DNA of 64,000 nt from Eledone cirrhosa. Its lineage: Eukaryota. The notes beneath the pieces are model-generated. The model saw only the letters and a program-made list of their open reading frames with translations, had not been told where the DNA came from and made no database searches. Position 1 is the first letter of the stretch; the number at the start of each line of letters is the position of its first letter. Location of the stretch: the NCBI GenBank assembly GCA_964016885.1, contig OZ024748.1, forward strand, positions 51,274,001 through 51,338,000, read 5' to 3'. Position numbers and translations under genes: made by a program. Of this stretch, positions 1-14,387 are shown piece by piece.

Positions 1-292
1 ACCTGACCAGACCAGACCAGACCAGACCAGAATCTGGTGAGGGGAACCAGTTTTGTTGCCAACCCCTCAACTATGAAGTAGGTGGTACTAGATTGCACTG
101 TACCAGTAGAAGTTTATCAGAAGCAGGGGCTGGAAGTAAACACATTGCCACATCTTACAATAACATTATCAAACTGACAAGAAAAACAGTATTATCAAAC
201 AGAAAAGCAAAACATTATCAAGTTGACAATGTGATCAAACTGGTAACACCATTGTCAAACTCACACACTGTTACGTAAATGACAATATAATG

Positions 293-415
293 GTTTCTTA
301 TTTAGGCACAAGGCCAGCAATTTGAAAGGGAAGGTAAAGTTGATTAAATTGACCCCAGTACATTACTGGTGCTTTATTTTAGCGACCCTGTAAGGATGAA
401 AGGTAAAGCAAACTT
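293..415 (-). mobile_element. Meta/MESC-like tRNA-derived SINE, 3' fragment
   Basis: ggcacaaggccagcaa...ccccagtacattactggtgctttatttt...gaccctgtaaggatgaaagg matches the fuller copies at 38662-38849 and 54001-54189. Confidence 0.7.
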
Positions 416-1057
416 GTAAATGACAATAATATTATAAAAAACTGATAGCAACAACATTGTCAATCTAACAACATTAGAACTTCCTACAAAGATCCAGTTT
501 AATAAAATATATATATAACCAATACTCTAAACATGAATATTTGAAAATTGAAAAATAAATTCTTATTTTTAATTCACTTTGTGCTTCATAGAATTAATGG
601 AAGGGATAATTGTGTTGTTTTTTTTGCTGTTGTTGAGCCCCAAATCAGTCCTGATCTAGCAAACCTATGAGCAAATCCATTGAAGCTATGACAATTTTTG
701 GCTGGGTAGGGTGGGGGTTTGGTTAGAGTGTATAGCAGATTGTTATTTTAAGGTGTGAATAGAGGGAGATTTGGTAACTATTTCTTGGACATCGAGTGAC
801 TACAAAGACTCATGTAATCACCATATATTCTTGAATATAAGAGAATCTGTATATAAGTTGTCCCCATATTTTATGTCTGAGAAATTAGTAAAAATCCAGA
901 CTGTTTCTATAAGTTGGTGAAAATCATCAAAATATTGACCCCTCAAATATAAGCCCTGCACCATTTTTCCATTAATTGATTTGGTCACATATTTCTCATC
1001 TGATATTCAAATATACACACTAGTTTGTGTGGCATAGTGTTGCTCTTTTTATGTTGT

Positions 1058-1313
1058 TTAACCCTTTACCATTTACATTACTTTATATTTACTATTGTAT
1101 TCTCATGGTAAAACTTTAATACTTTAACATCAGTAGGAGTGGCCGGTTATGGCCGGTTTGAACACAAAGAATTGAGAGAATTCTGGCCAGATATGGCTGG
1201 TTTAAATGCTAATGGGTTGACATCAATAGGAGTGGCCGGTTATGGCCAGTTTAAACAGAAAGAGGTGAGAGAATTCTGGCCAGATATGGCTGGTTTAAAT
1301 GCTAAAGAGTTAA
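1058..1313. mobile_element. piggyBac-like MITE (TTAA-CCC ends) with internal duplication
   Basis: Ends ttaaccctttaccattta / taaatgctaaagagttaa; same body as 18492-18707, 54903-55256, 61804-62026; the right ~90 bp is tandemly duplicated. Confidence 0.7.
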
Positions 1314-1499
1314 ACTTTGGTTGACCTTGAACTAGCTGTCCTATGGTTAAAAGATACTCCCAACCTTGTCTATTCCATATTTTCATTAGACAGAACAGGG
1401 TATCTTGTTTTTGTTTGTTTTTATCATTTAAAAAATATAATTTGTAGGATGAGATTTGAGGAAGACATGATTGCTATTTCTTGAAGCTTAGATTGGCTG

Positions 1500-2450
1500 G
1501 TGTGCATGTTGTTGTTGTTATTGTTGGTGGTGTTGGTGGATATAGTGGTTATGGTGTTGGCACTGGTGGTGGTTGTGGTCATGGTGATCATGGTGGTGAT
1601 GGGGGGGGGGACACACACACTAATGGTGATGGTGGTGGTTGTGGTCATGGTGATCATGGTGGTGATGGGAGGACACACGCTGATGGTGGTGGTGGTATTT
1701 GCACTAATGGTGGGGGGAAGGCACTAATGGTGATGGTGTTGGTGATGGTGGTATCCATGCTGGAAGTAGTGGTGGTGGTGGTGGAGATGGCGATGTTGGT
1801 GATGTCAGTGGCGTTGATGTTGATGGTGGTGGTGAAGATGGTGGTATTGGTGGTGTTAGTTGCATTGATGTTCATAGTGGTGGTGGTGGAGGAGGTGGTG
1901 GTGGAGGAGATGGTGGTGTTGATGATGTCAGTGGTGTTGATGTTGATGGTGGTGGTGAAGATGGGGGTGTTGATGGTGTTAGTTGCATTGATGTTCATAG
2001 TGGTGGTGGTGGAGGAGGAGATGGTGGTGGTGGTGGAGGAGGAGATGGTGGTGGTGGTGGAGGAGGAGATGGTGGTGGTGGTGGAGGAGGAGATGGTGGT
2101 GGTGGTGGAGGAGATGGTGGTGGTGGTGGAGGAGATGTTGGTGGTGATGGAGGAGATGGTGGTGTTGATGATGTCAGTGGTGTTGATGTTGATGGTGGTG
2201 AAGATGGTGGCATTGGTGAGGTTAGTGGCATTGATGTTGATGGTGGTGGTGAAGATGGTAGTGTTGTTGGGGTTAGTTGGTGGTATTGACTGTGACAGTG
2301 GTAATGGTAGTGATGATGGTAGTGATGATGGTGATCATGTTGCAGAGATGGTTGTGGTGATAGCGATGGTGGTGGTGGTGGTGGAGAGGGTGGACAAGAG
2401 AATGATGGTAGGTTTGATGTTAGAGGTGGTGGAGTAACAGTAGTGGTTAT
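1500..2450. repeat. (GGT/GAT)n trinucleotide low-complexity tract
   Basis: Visible degenerate GGT/GAT repeats with a 24-bp higher-order unit gtggtggtggtggaggaggagatg. Confidence 0.9.
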
Positions 2451-3039
2451 GTGTGTATGTGGCAAGTCGTGTCATTTCACGCCAACGGAACATATTTCCG
2501 ATGTTATCAGGAAAACATAACAAGCCAAAGGCAAAACTAAAATTCAAATATCAATCATAAAATTAAATAAAATAAAAAGAAATAAAAAACATATTAAATT
2601 AAAAAAATAATAATAATAATAATTTTACAAAATAAAATTTTAAACATATTTTAAAGAGTACTTTCCTTCATTATTATTATTGTTATTATTATTATTGCTA
2701 CTACTACTACTACTACTTATTTCAACCACTAATTTCATTTGTATGTTTTATTAATAGTTTCGTATGTTTACAGTATGTTTTCCTGTATATTTTGTTGTTT
2801 TGTGAAATAGTTTTTCTATTTTTATTATTAATTATATTATTTTACCATTTATAGAATTTTTTGGTAATTATTTTGAATTTCTTTTTCAGCTTCAAAAATG
2901 TTTCTTTTTAAAATTTAAACAAATACTTTTAAAATTTTTGTATGTTGTTATTTGAGATTTTATAAAGATTAGTTTGGTAAAATCTGTCTTGGGGTTTAAT
3001 TAGAATATATCCTTATCTTCATCGCAACATACATGCATG

Positions 3040-3166
3040 AACATGTGTGTGTGTGTATGAATGAGTGTGTGTGTGTATGAGTGATTGTGTGTGTATAAGT
3101 GAGTGTGTGTCTGTGCATGCATGTGTGTATGTATGTGTATGACTAAGTGTGTGTATGAGTGAGTGA

Positions 3167-3197
<31 letters not shown>

Positions 3198-3561
3198 TCC
3201 TGTGTCACTGTGTGTCTGTGTCTGTGCATGATTGTGTGTATGTATGTGTATGAGTGAGTGTGTGTGCGTGTGTATGAGTAAGTGTGTGTGTGTGTATGAG
3301 TGAGTGTGTATGTGTGAGTGTGTGTGTATGAGTGAGTGTGTGTGTGTCTTGTGTTGCTGTGAGTTTGTGTCTGTGTGTCTGAATGCATATATGTATATTT
3401 GTGTGTGTGTGTGTATTGTGTCTGTGTCTGAATGTATGTGCATATGTTTATATCTGTGTCTGAGTGTGTGTGCTTGCTTTTGTGTATGTGTGCATTTGTG
3501 TGTGTGTGTATCCATATGCATATGTGTTTATCTGTGTGTGCGTGTGCGTGTGCGTGTGCGT

Positions 3562-3596
<35 letters not shown>

Positions 3597-3635
3597 CGTG
3601 TGCGTGTGCGTGTGTGTGTGTGTGCACATGCATGC
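3040..3635. repeat. (TG)n-rich microsatellite
   Basis: Visible TG/TGCG repeats. Confidence 0.9.
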
Positions 3636-3707
3636 GTGATATCTTAATGAGTGTCTCACTTATCATTAACCAATCAATCAATTGTTTATTTATCAACTGT
3701 TATAGCC

Positions 3708-4350
3708 ACTGCCATGACCACCATTACCACCATCATCACTACCACTACCACCACCACCATGACCACCACTACCACTACCACCACCACCATCACCACCACT
3801 ACCACTAGCACCATCACCACCACCACCACCATCATCACCACCACTACCACCACCATCACCACCACTACCACTACCACCATCACCACCACCACTACCACTA
3901 GCACCATCACCACCACCACCATCTTCACCACCACTACCACCACCACTACCACCATCACCACCACCACCACCGTCACTACCACTAGCACCATCACCACCAC
4001 CACTACCACCATCACCACCACCACCACCACTGCCACTGCCACCAACACCACCGCCACTACCATATCCACCACTAGTATTACCACCACCAATGGTGGTGGT
4101 GCTTATAGTGGTGGTGGTGGTGTTGGTGGTGATGTTGCTTATAGTGGTGGTGGTGGTGTTGGTGGTGATGTTGCTTATGGTGGTGGTGGTGGTAATGTTG
4201 TTTATATTAGTGTTGGTGTTGTTGGTAGAGGTATTGGCAGCAGTGGTGGTGGTGGCAGTGGTGGTGGTGGCAGTGGTGGTGGTGGCAGTGGCAGTGGTGG
4301 CAGTGGTGGTGGCAGTGGCAGTGGTGGCAGTGGTGGTGGTGGTGGCAGTG
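3708..4350. repeat. (ACC)n switching to (GGT)n trinucleotide tract
   Basis: ACC repeats to ~4089, then GGT repeats from ~4091. Confidence 0.9.
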
Positions 4351-4419
4351 TTGCTATTGACATGTTTGCTGGTGATTTTAAATTATTATTTTTGTTGCTA
4401 ATTTTATGAAAATTATTTA

Positions 4420-4487
4420 TATATGTGTGTATGTGTGTATGTGTGTATGTATGTATGTATGTATGTATGTGTGTGTGTGTGTATGTA

Positions 4488-4520
<33 letters not shown>

Positions 4521-4910
4521 GTATGTGTGTATGTGTGTATGTATGTGTGTGTGTATGTATGTGTGTGTGTATGTGTGTATGTGTGTATGTGTGTATGTAT
4601 GTATGTATGTGTGTATGTATGTATCAGTGTATGTATGTATGTATGTATGTATGTATGTATGTGTGTATGTATGTATGTATGAGTATGTATGTATGTGTAT
4701 ATATGTATGTATGTGTGTATGTGTGTATGTGTGTGTGTATGTATGTATGTATGTGTGTATGTGTGTATGTGTGTGTGTGTATGTATGTGTGTATGTATGT
4801 GTGTATGTATGTATGTGTGTATGTGTGTATGTATGTATGTATGTGTGTGTGTGTTTGTATGTGTGTATGTATGTATGTGTGTATGCATGTGTGTATGTGT
4901 GTGTGTGTGT
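4420..4910. repeat. (TG)n/(TATG)n microsatellite
   Basis: Visible repeats. Confidence 0.9.
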
Positions 4911-6059
4911 TGAGAGTGGAATGTTAGGTTGGCAATGTTTGTATTTACCGTGATTTTCTTTTAATCAGTGTTCCTTTGCTTCATTGTGTCTACTTTTGTT
5001 GTTGCTTTTTTTTCTTTCTTGCATTGTATTTTTATTTAATATATTTGTTTGTTATTTCATTTTATTGTTGTCATCAATATAGAAATTGTGGCACAATGGA
5101 GGCACTGAGAAATACTGTAAAGCACTGCAACTACATGACTTACAATATATATATATATATAATCCTACCCAGGGCCAGACTTTCACGTGCTGACACCATA
5201 AACTATATGAAATTTGAGGCCCTTCTCGAGAAATATATAATTATTATTCTTTATATTAATTTTGATGATATATAACAAATAATATATAAAATAAGGAAAA
5301 TGCGAAGTTCAATGTCGATGTTAAAGAGTCCTATATTAACAAAGCTGTGATACATATTCCAATGGTGATTGTGGCTATATGATTGTTCAATTAAGTAACC
5401 AGTCACGTGATCTCATCAGACATCATAATTATGTAATAGGGTTATATTTCTGAGGCAATCAACTATCAAGACAAGGGAATGTTTCTATAGCTGATGTCTG
5501 CTCCCTTGACATTGGCTATAAAAGCATTTTCCTTATTCTACATATACTTCATCACTGACTGACAAATCAAATTTGGAAGAAAAACCTGATGTTGAGTGCT
5601 TCAATTGAATTGCATCACTATTTCCTGATGGTGCAATGCAAATGTTACCCCATTTAGTCTGCATACTTGCAGTATATATATATATATATATAATGTTTGA
5701 TGATTTAGTGTTAAAGAATAAAAACAAATAAAATAAAAAATATATTTTAAAAATGCATCCCCTGAGGGTGTGAAGCACCGAGCTATAACTTATAGGTAAG
5801 TCCATCACTGATCTGTATTTTTAATGAGTTGAAAGACAATTCCCATCACTATTTTCAAAGTTTCTGAGACTGATAAGTTGAAGGAGGAAAGGAACCCTCA
5901 AACCAGAAACTTGGTTTGAATGCTTGAAACAGAGTGGTTTCAGTTCAAGGCATTAAAGGGCCAAGTGTTGATGTTAAACCAGACAACAGATTAAGTCTAA
6001 TGGTTCAAATAGACCACGGTGAGACTGAACTCAAGACACAAGGAGCTACATCAAATACA

Positions 6060-6205
6060 TATTTCTACATTTGGTACAAAGCCAGCAATTTGAAGGGGAG
6101 GGCTAAGCCAATTTACTCAACCCCCAGTGTGTTACTGGTACTTTATTTTATCAACCCAGTAAAGATAGAAGCCAAAGCTAACTTTGGCAGGATTTGAATT
6201 CAGTA
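6060..6205 (-). mobile_element. Meta/MESC-like SINE, degenerate
   Basis: ttactggtactttattttatcaaccc...ggcaggatttgaattcag. Confidence 0.6.
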
Positions 6206-7447
6206 ATCTACCAATTACTGCCAACCCACAAATACAGTAAGACATCTCTATATCTATGACCACATCATATAACATATTTTCCCCTTTTCAAAATGGTAGG
6301 ATGTCACCTGAGAGATTTGACCATTGTATCTAGCAAATCAAGTAACCATATGACTCATTAGACAACTTTGCTGCTGTTGCAGTTGTCACATATGACTGGT
6401 TTATGTTCTTATCTTAACTTCCATTCATCTACTGAGTGTGAGGACATCAGTGTTGGTGTCAATATGGTTGTTATTCTTTATTATTTTAAGGTGGTGGATT
6501 GGCAATATTGGTAGAGTATCAGTCACCTGCTTTGCAGGATAGAATTATGGCCTTTTACGTTCTGAATTCAAATACCACCAAGGTTAACTTTGCCTTTCAT
6601 CCTTACTGTGTGGTGGGGGCAGTGTATTGTCAAAGCCATGATAGCAACTGACAAATATTTAGCCCTATACTGGTTCTTGATGTTCTGAGTTCAAATCAGA
6701 CTTTTATCCTTCCCGGGTTGATAAAATAGAGTACCAGTAAATTACTGTTGTTGTCGGTGGTGGTGGTGGTGTGTGGTGTTGAGCATTAGTGATGCTGGTG
6801 GTGTTTGGTGGTGGTAGTGGTGATGCTGCTGCTGCTGCTATTGGTGTTGGTGATGGGTGTTAGTGGTGGTGATAATGGTAATGCTGTTGTCATTGTTTGT
6901 GATGGTTTGCAGCAGTGTTGGTGGTTTTGTGATGGTGGCAATGGTGTTGGTGGATTTGGGTGTTAGTGATGGTGTTGCTAATACTATTGTTGTTGTTGTT
7001 GTTGTTGTTGTTTTTGTTGATGGTGGTGGTTGGTGGTAATGCTGTTGTTGTTGGTCATGGTGATGTTGTTGGCGATGGGGTTGTCATATTTGTTTTCATT
7101 GTAGCAAGATATAAAGATGTCATAACTGTAAAACTCTTCTGACAGAGAATGTGGGTTGATGTAGGTGATCGACCAATACAAATTTTAGTTAAACCCATAA
7201 CTCTTTGTGGCCAATTCTATCCTATTGTTCATATTATTATTGTCATTATTATTATTATTATTATTATTACTATTATTATTATTATTGTAACTCTTTGCTT
7301 TGTTATGTTGTTCTCTTTGTTAAATTGTTGTTGTATCCTGGCTCCTATTTCTGTACTTTTTTTTACAATTTCATTTGCTTCTTCTTGCTTTTGAATATTT
7401 GTGTGGGTATATATATATGTGTGTATATATATATGTATATATATATA

Positions 7448-7478
<31 letters not shown>

Positions 7479-7819
7479 TCCAAGAATAATATTAATGATA
7501 TTTTTATTGTTATTATTATTACTATGCAAATTTAATTTTTTGTTATTTTTTGTTTTCAAGTTCATCATATTTTTTTAAAACTAAGAAGTTTATATATTTC
7601 TGTTGTTGCTGTTGGTGTTGTTGTTAGTATTATTATTTACATATCTTGTCTTTTTTCAAATTCATCATATTTTCAAAAAAGATATTCCTATCATTATTAT
7701 TATTGCTGGTATTTTATATATATATATATATATACATGCATATAAATATATATACACACACACATATATATATATATACACACACACACATATATATATA
7801 CGCACACATGCACACACAT

Positions 7820-7855
<36 letters not shown>

Positions 7856-9669
7856 TACAAGCTTATCATATTTGGTAAATCAGCTTTGAATTGGAATTGG
7901 TCAACGTTTCGTTCTACTTCATTATTCCGATAAAAATCTCTATATTTGTTTTGCTTTCTGTCTTTCATTTTTATGTAACTATTTTTTTCTGTTCATATTA
8001 AAAATAAATAAATTAATAAATATAAATAAATTAATAAAAATGAAATAAAATGAATTTAAAAAAAAACAACATAAAATAAAATAAAATAAACAATGAATTT
8101 GAAGACTGATAAACACACAAAAAAGAATTTCAATAAATTTCATAAAACAAATGATTGGATAAATGTTTAAATAAATAACTAAATAAACAAATGTTGCTGT
8201 TGTTGTTTATGGAACGTTGGGGGAGGAGGAGTGTGAGGAGGTGTGAGAGGATGGATGAGATAAAATTTATAAAATAAACAAAAGTATAGACAAAACTTTT
8301 AAAATTTTATTCATCTGCCATGTTGGAAGCAGAAAGACAAAATGGCAGACATAGTGAGATGTCAATATGTTTGTATGTGCATGTGTATGCATATATTTTG
8401 ATTTATTCATGTGTGTAAGTGTGTGAGAGAGAGAGTGTGTGTGCATGAGAGTGTGTGTGTGTGAAAAAGACAGAGAGGGTTTGTATGTAAGCATGTGCTG
8501 CAAATATTCATTTAATATCTTCAAATAGATCTGAATCTGACAAAAGTTCAAATCCATGCCTGTATGACTTGGTCTTTTATACCACCAGGGTCAACAAAAC
8601 AAATACCAACCAAGAAAAAGAATGTTAAGTAACAGTTAATTTTCCATTAAATAACACACTACCATCTTAATAAATGAAGATGACATTATATAATGCAGTC
8701 CTTGATAGATAATGTATGAAGGAAAAGAAGAAATATTCAGGGATGATATGTCTTTTATAGATTTGTTCTAGCTGAACTAATGTGGAACTAAACATCAACA
8801 CAAACAACAACACCAGAGGGATACTACAAGTGGTCATTCAACCTGCTAGAAATTACGACCAAATCTACTCTAGATCACAGTCTACCATTTTGATATTGAA
8901 AGGAAGCATTAGATAATACAAGTCCTAGTTAGAAGTTTCGTTTCTGAGTAACAAATAATTGGTCATGGCTGGAATGAAAATCTATAACCAGTGCTGACAT
9001 GGAAATCATTATCATCACAACCATCATCATCCTCATTTAATGTCCATTTTCTAAGCTTACATGGAAATTGTGTGTGTATAATAAATAATAAAAAAAAATA
9101 CAATAAAAGATGTACAAGTCATACAGTTTTGGAAGTAAAGTATAACATACAATAAAAGGATTAGTTTCCACACATACTTAAATATCAGCTGAGGAACATG
9201 TGACCAAAAACAAATCGATGGTAAAATGGCTTATATACACCATCTAAACAATGTATTAATTAGCTGCTTTGGTTTATAAATGGATTTTTGGATTTTTGCC
9301 TATATTTCAGACAAAAGGTGGGGGTCAGCATATATTCAGGTATATATGGTAAATGTTATTTTCCAATTATTACTCCCATACTGTGTCAGTAGCCAATACA
9401 CTTTGCTGTCAAATCTCCCAGTTCATCATCTAATTGCAAATTGCAACTGTAGCTTGAGACTGTAAAATTGCTGAGTGCTTTGTTAGCTTGCAGTGCTGTG
9501 GGGCACTTTCTCCCACAGGTTTAGTACAGGGAATGACTAGTTGTCCCAAGATTGATTTTCCTTGATAAAATATATTTAATTTTAATTATTTCATATCAGA
9601 ATTTGTTACTAATTTCCAAGGCATCAAGCACAGATTTATTATATTTCTGACACAGTCTTTTCTCTTGCA

Positions 9670-11240
9670 CACTACCTTGAAATCCTCTTAAACCCAGCTT
9701 CTCCTTCAACTAATCGAAGGTCTGCTGTTTGTCACACTTACATTACACATCCAACAAAGCATGGTTGCTTCCTTTCTCTCCAGTCTAAGCTTGTCCTCCA
9801 CAGTTACAGCACATGTTTCACTACCATGCAGTATTGCACTTCGCACACAAGCATCAGACAGTCGTCCTTTTGTACGTAGGGAGAAACTTTTCGTGGTCAA
9901 CAGTGGAAGTAGCTCTCTGAACTTTTTACATCCTATCCTTATTCTAGCTATTCTGCTCTCAGAACACCCGATCCATGGCTAATTATGCTGCCTAGATATC
10001 AGAAACTACCAACCACTTCTATGGGTCTTTCCTGTAACTGGAATAGGCTTAAATTATTGGTTACCTTCCTTTTGGTTACCCTTGTGCATCCTCTACAAAC
10101 AAAGTCTTCCCTTCCTGGTAGCTTACTTATCCATTTACATTGTGTACATCGTATGGGGTTTATGCCTACTCCCTTTCTACTTATTGAGCAGGGCCACTCT
10201 CGTTAGCACTTTAGTTTTGGCTAAGTGTACTCTTAAGCTTTTTGATTCCAAATTTTGTTTCCATAGTCGGAACATATTTTCTAGGTCTTTAATGTAAGGA
10301 CCAGATTCCATGGCCAACCTGTCTTAAACTCCTGTGATATAGCTTGGAGGACTATAAGAAATAGTGGGCTAAGCACCAAACTTTGATGTATTCCTATTTG
10401 TACCTTGAATTCCTCACTAAATTCACTTCCTACTCACACTAACAGATTCTCTCTATATGACTTTCACTGCTTTCACCAACCATTCTTCTACACATAATTT
10501 CCTCAAGGATCACCAGATAATAGATTCGGGTACTCTGTCAAATGCTTTTTCTAGTTCAATGAATGTAAGGTACAGTGGCATACTTTTAGCTAGGAACTTC
10601 TCTTGTAGTTGCTTTACTAAAAAGAGGGCATCTGTAATACTTTTCCAAGGCATGAAACCAAACTACATCTCGTCTAATTTGACTCTTTTTCAAATAGTTG
10701 TGCTATAACTCCTTTCATCACTTTCACAACTTGGTCCATTAGTTTTAATCCTCTTTAGTTATTCCTCTCTAGAGCATCACTTTAGCCCTTATAGCAATTT
10801 TCAATTGTACTGCTGCACCAGTTATTGGGTATGACACCATCCTGTATAATATGATCAACTATGCTGGTTACTAGTTTGACTCCTACTTCTAATGCTTTTA
10901 GCATCTCAGCAACTAGCTCTGATGGTTCTGCAGCTTTACAATCTTTCATCTCTTTAATTCCTTTTTTTTTAACACTATAACTGTCAACTTCAATGGCTGG
11001 CTTTTCTATTGGGTTGGATGGGTGTAGTTTCTCTTTTTCCCATTCATTCTCTACATTCATCAGTCTCTCATAGTAACATTTCCAGGCACCTTTCTTTTGA
11101 GCATAAGTGGTGCTAAATGACACGGGTGTCATTTCTAACACACTTTTCCCCAACAATGTCATGATTCACACGGACACACTGCCTTGCAATGCAGAACACA
11201 TTGTGTCTTTGGTCCTCACATATCAGGACATTGGCAAACT
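9670..11240 (-). mobile_element. RTE-clade LINE ORF2, degraded (RT, PHD remnant, C-terminus)
   Basis: Minus-strand peptides KAAEPSELVAEMLKAL...IPNNWCSSTIENCYKG and KGRLSDACVRSAILHGSETCA; homologous to 19878-21200; stops and frameshifts. Confidence 0.9.
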
Positions 11241-11759
11241 TCCTTTCTTCAGCTTCTCTCTCTTTATATATGTACAAATATGACTTGCTTCCATAGAGTT
11301 ACAGTCTACAGAATTGGTCCCAACACATTGCTACAACTTTGCTATAGTAGAAGAATCACAATTGGATCAAACCCAGGACCACATGCTCACAAAGTGAATT
11401 TTTTAATTACACCAGCTTGCCTCTGGGCATATTTTAATTTCTTTTTTTCTTTGATTGTATTTTGAGAAAGAAATACAATAGGATAGCACTGGAAAAATAT
11501 CATATTGGACAAATGGCTATAGGGTATATTTTAAGGTATATTTTTTTGGCAGGTAAAGAGGGGGAAATGTATTGACAACTACGTTTGAGTATAAATATCT
11601 TTTGATGACAACAACAAAATGGCAATGACAAATACTTCAAAAAAATGTACTAAACAATAAAGTAGATAAAAGAAAACATTTATGGAAATAATTTCCTATT
11701 CAACGCACAGAATTAAGTTACTTAGCACTATTTTGTCACATGCATTTTTTTCAAAGAAT

Positions 11760-11884
11760 ATATATATATATATATATGTGTGTACATACATATGTATATG
11801 TATGTGTGTGTGTGTGTAGGTGTATGTCTGTGTGTTTATGCATATACATATAGGTCTATTGTATATGTATATATATATATATGC

Positions 11885-11921
<37 letters not shown>

Positions 11922-12615
11922 TAGATATATAGATATATATATATGTACATACATATGTCTGTGTGTGTCTGTGTAGGTGTATGTCTGTGTTTATGCATAA
12001 ATATATACATATATATATATATATACACATATATATACACATATATATATGCATGCATATATATATATATGTATATTTATTTATGCATATATATATATAT
12101 ATATATACACATATGTATATACACATACATGTATATATATATATATATATAAGCATACACACATATATATATATAAAGGTGAATTCAATAATGAAGGAAG
12201 CTGCAGTGTCTTCTATCTTCTATATTAGCCATGAGGAATATATTGGAAGAGATTTATTAATAACATAATGCTGTGATTGTCCATTAACTGTCCAGTTTTC
12301 TTAATATTCAAAATAAAATTCCATTTATTTCGTAAGAAACTTTCAAGCTTCAAGCCAAGAGAATGAAAGTAACAACCTTATTGAAATCTATTTGATGATT
12401 CTGTTTTCTCACAATATGTGTGTATGTATGTATGTGTATGATTATATTATATATATGTATATATGTGTATGTGTGTATATATATATATACATATATATAT
12501 ACACAGGTATATATATATATATAAATCCATACATACATATATATATATATATATATAAATCCATACATATACATATATATAACAGACACACACACATATA
12601 TATATATATATTTAT
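11760..12615. repeat. (TA)n/(CA)n microsatellite tracts
   Basis: Visible. Confidence 0.9.
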
Positions 12616-12934
12616 AATTTATTGTATTTCATTTTCCAGATTGGTGGTCAGTGTGTCCAACCATGGGCAAAGACTTTATGTGGAAAAATATTGAAATGAA
12701 ATTCCATTACTTTGATAATACTAAAGAGAATCACATCTCCTAAATAAGTATGTTATAACGATGAAGAGACCATTTTTTCTTTTCTTTTTGTCTCTTTCAT
12801 TTTGATGTGAGAAATAAAAGATTTTTGAATCTATCAGAGTTTATATATAGCAGAATCACCTGGCTTAGAATTGTTAGGGCATTGGACAAAATGCCTTTCA
12901 GTGTTTAGTTATGGCACTTTATATTCCAAATCAT

Positions 12935-13420
12935 TGGATGGTGGATTGGCAGTAGAGCATTGGACATTATGCTTTACAGCATAGAGTTATGGCCCTTTAT
13001 GATCTGAGTTCAAATCCTGCTGAGGTTAACTTTGCCTTTCATCTTTACAAGGTCGATAAAATAAAGTACAAGTAATGCACTAGTTTTGATTTAATCTACT
13101 TTGCACTCCCCAAACTTTGTTGGCCTTGTGCCTAAAGTAAAAACAAATATTATTGACTTCTACCTCTTACAGTCGACTGGCTGTGGCCATACTGGGGTAC
13201 TACCATTATTGTTATTATTGTTGGAGTTTTGGACAATATGTTTTGCACCATAAAATTATGGCCCTCTACATTTTGAGTTCAAATCCTGCTGAGTTTAGTT
13301 TTGCCTTTCATCCTAAAGGGTCAATAAAATAAAGCACCAGTAATGCACTGGGGTAAATTTATTCCTTTCCCTTTTCCTACAAATTTCTGGCCTTGTACCT
13401 AAATCAGGAAGCATTATTAT
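12935..13420 (+). mobile_element. Cluster of Meta/MESC-like SINEs
   Basis: Two copies with B-box gagttcaaatcc followed by tttgcctttcatc...aataaagtacaagtaatgcact / aataaagcaccagtaatgcactgg. Confidence 0.75.
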
Positions 13421-13439
13421 TGTTATCATCATTAAAGTG

Positions 13440-13740
13440 GTTGTGTAGGTGTTACAACAAAAAGCAACCAACACACACTGTAAATGTAGTTGACGTTTGG
13501 AAGGGCATCCAGTTGTAGAAACCTAGCCAGAAACATTTCTATATGAATAGGACATGGTCACCTGACCCAACTTGCCTCTAATGGAACAACCTGTCTAATC
13601 AATTCTTGCAAGGAAAATGGACTTTAAATAATTGTTTCTACTTTAGACACAAGGCCAGCAATAACCCAGTTCATTACTGGTACTTTATTTTATCGACCTC
13701 GTAAGGATGAAAGGCAAAGTCAACCTCGGCGGGATTTGAT
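13440..13740. mobile_element. RTE 3'-tail fragment (+) followed by Meta-like SINE fragment (-)
   Basis: acacactgtaaa...ggaagggcatccagttgtagaa tail motif, then the SINE core on the minus strand. Confidence 0.65.
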
Positions 13741-14220
13741 GATATTGATCAAAGGAATGAAAGACAATGTTGACCTTGGTGAGATTTAAATTCTTTAAGT
13801 TCTATATTGTTCTTGTATTATTCTTTTCTTGTATGTTTATTGTTATTTACTGTTATCTATTTATTAATATCAGTATTGTTAATGTTGATCTCATTTTAAC
13901 TTGTCTTGTTTGTAGCTTTCTTTTCTATGTCACATTCTTTGTTCTGTCCCCAGCATCTTGGGCTCCTTCTGGCCAATAAAGAATTCATTATCGTTATCGT
14001 TATTATTATTATTATTAGTAGTAGTAGTAGTAGCAGCAATGGTACTATCACTCCCACCCAACCTCAGGATTATTAAATATCTCTGTCACTCCATTTACAC
14101 CAATAGCATCAATCTAAAGGTTATCAATATTATTGGAAATAAGTGGCAGATAACCCAATACTTTGTTCTCTTCCTATATATATACATATGTCTGTATGTG
14201 AGTGTGTGTGTATACATATG

Positions 14221-14283
<63 letters not shown>

Positions 14284-14356
14284 GTATGTATATATATATA
14301 TATATATATACACATATGTATGTATATATATATATATATATATACACATATGTATG

Positions 14357-14387
<31 letters not shown>

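Noticed and set aside
3-278. Open frame at window start
   Set aside because: Begins in an (AGACC)n repeat, has no recognisable motif, and lacks splice support
1481-4953. Long ORFs rich in V/M/T/H/C/Y
   Set aside because: Translations of GGT, ACC and TG microsatellites
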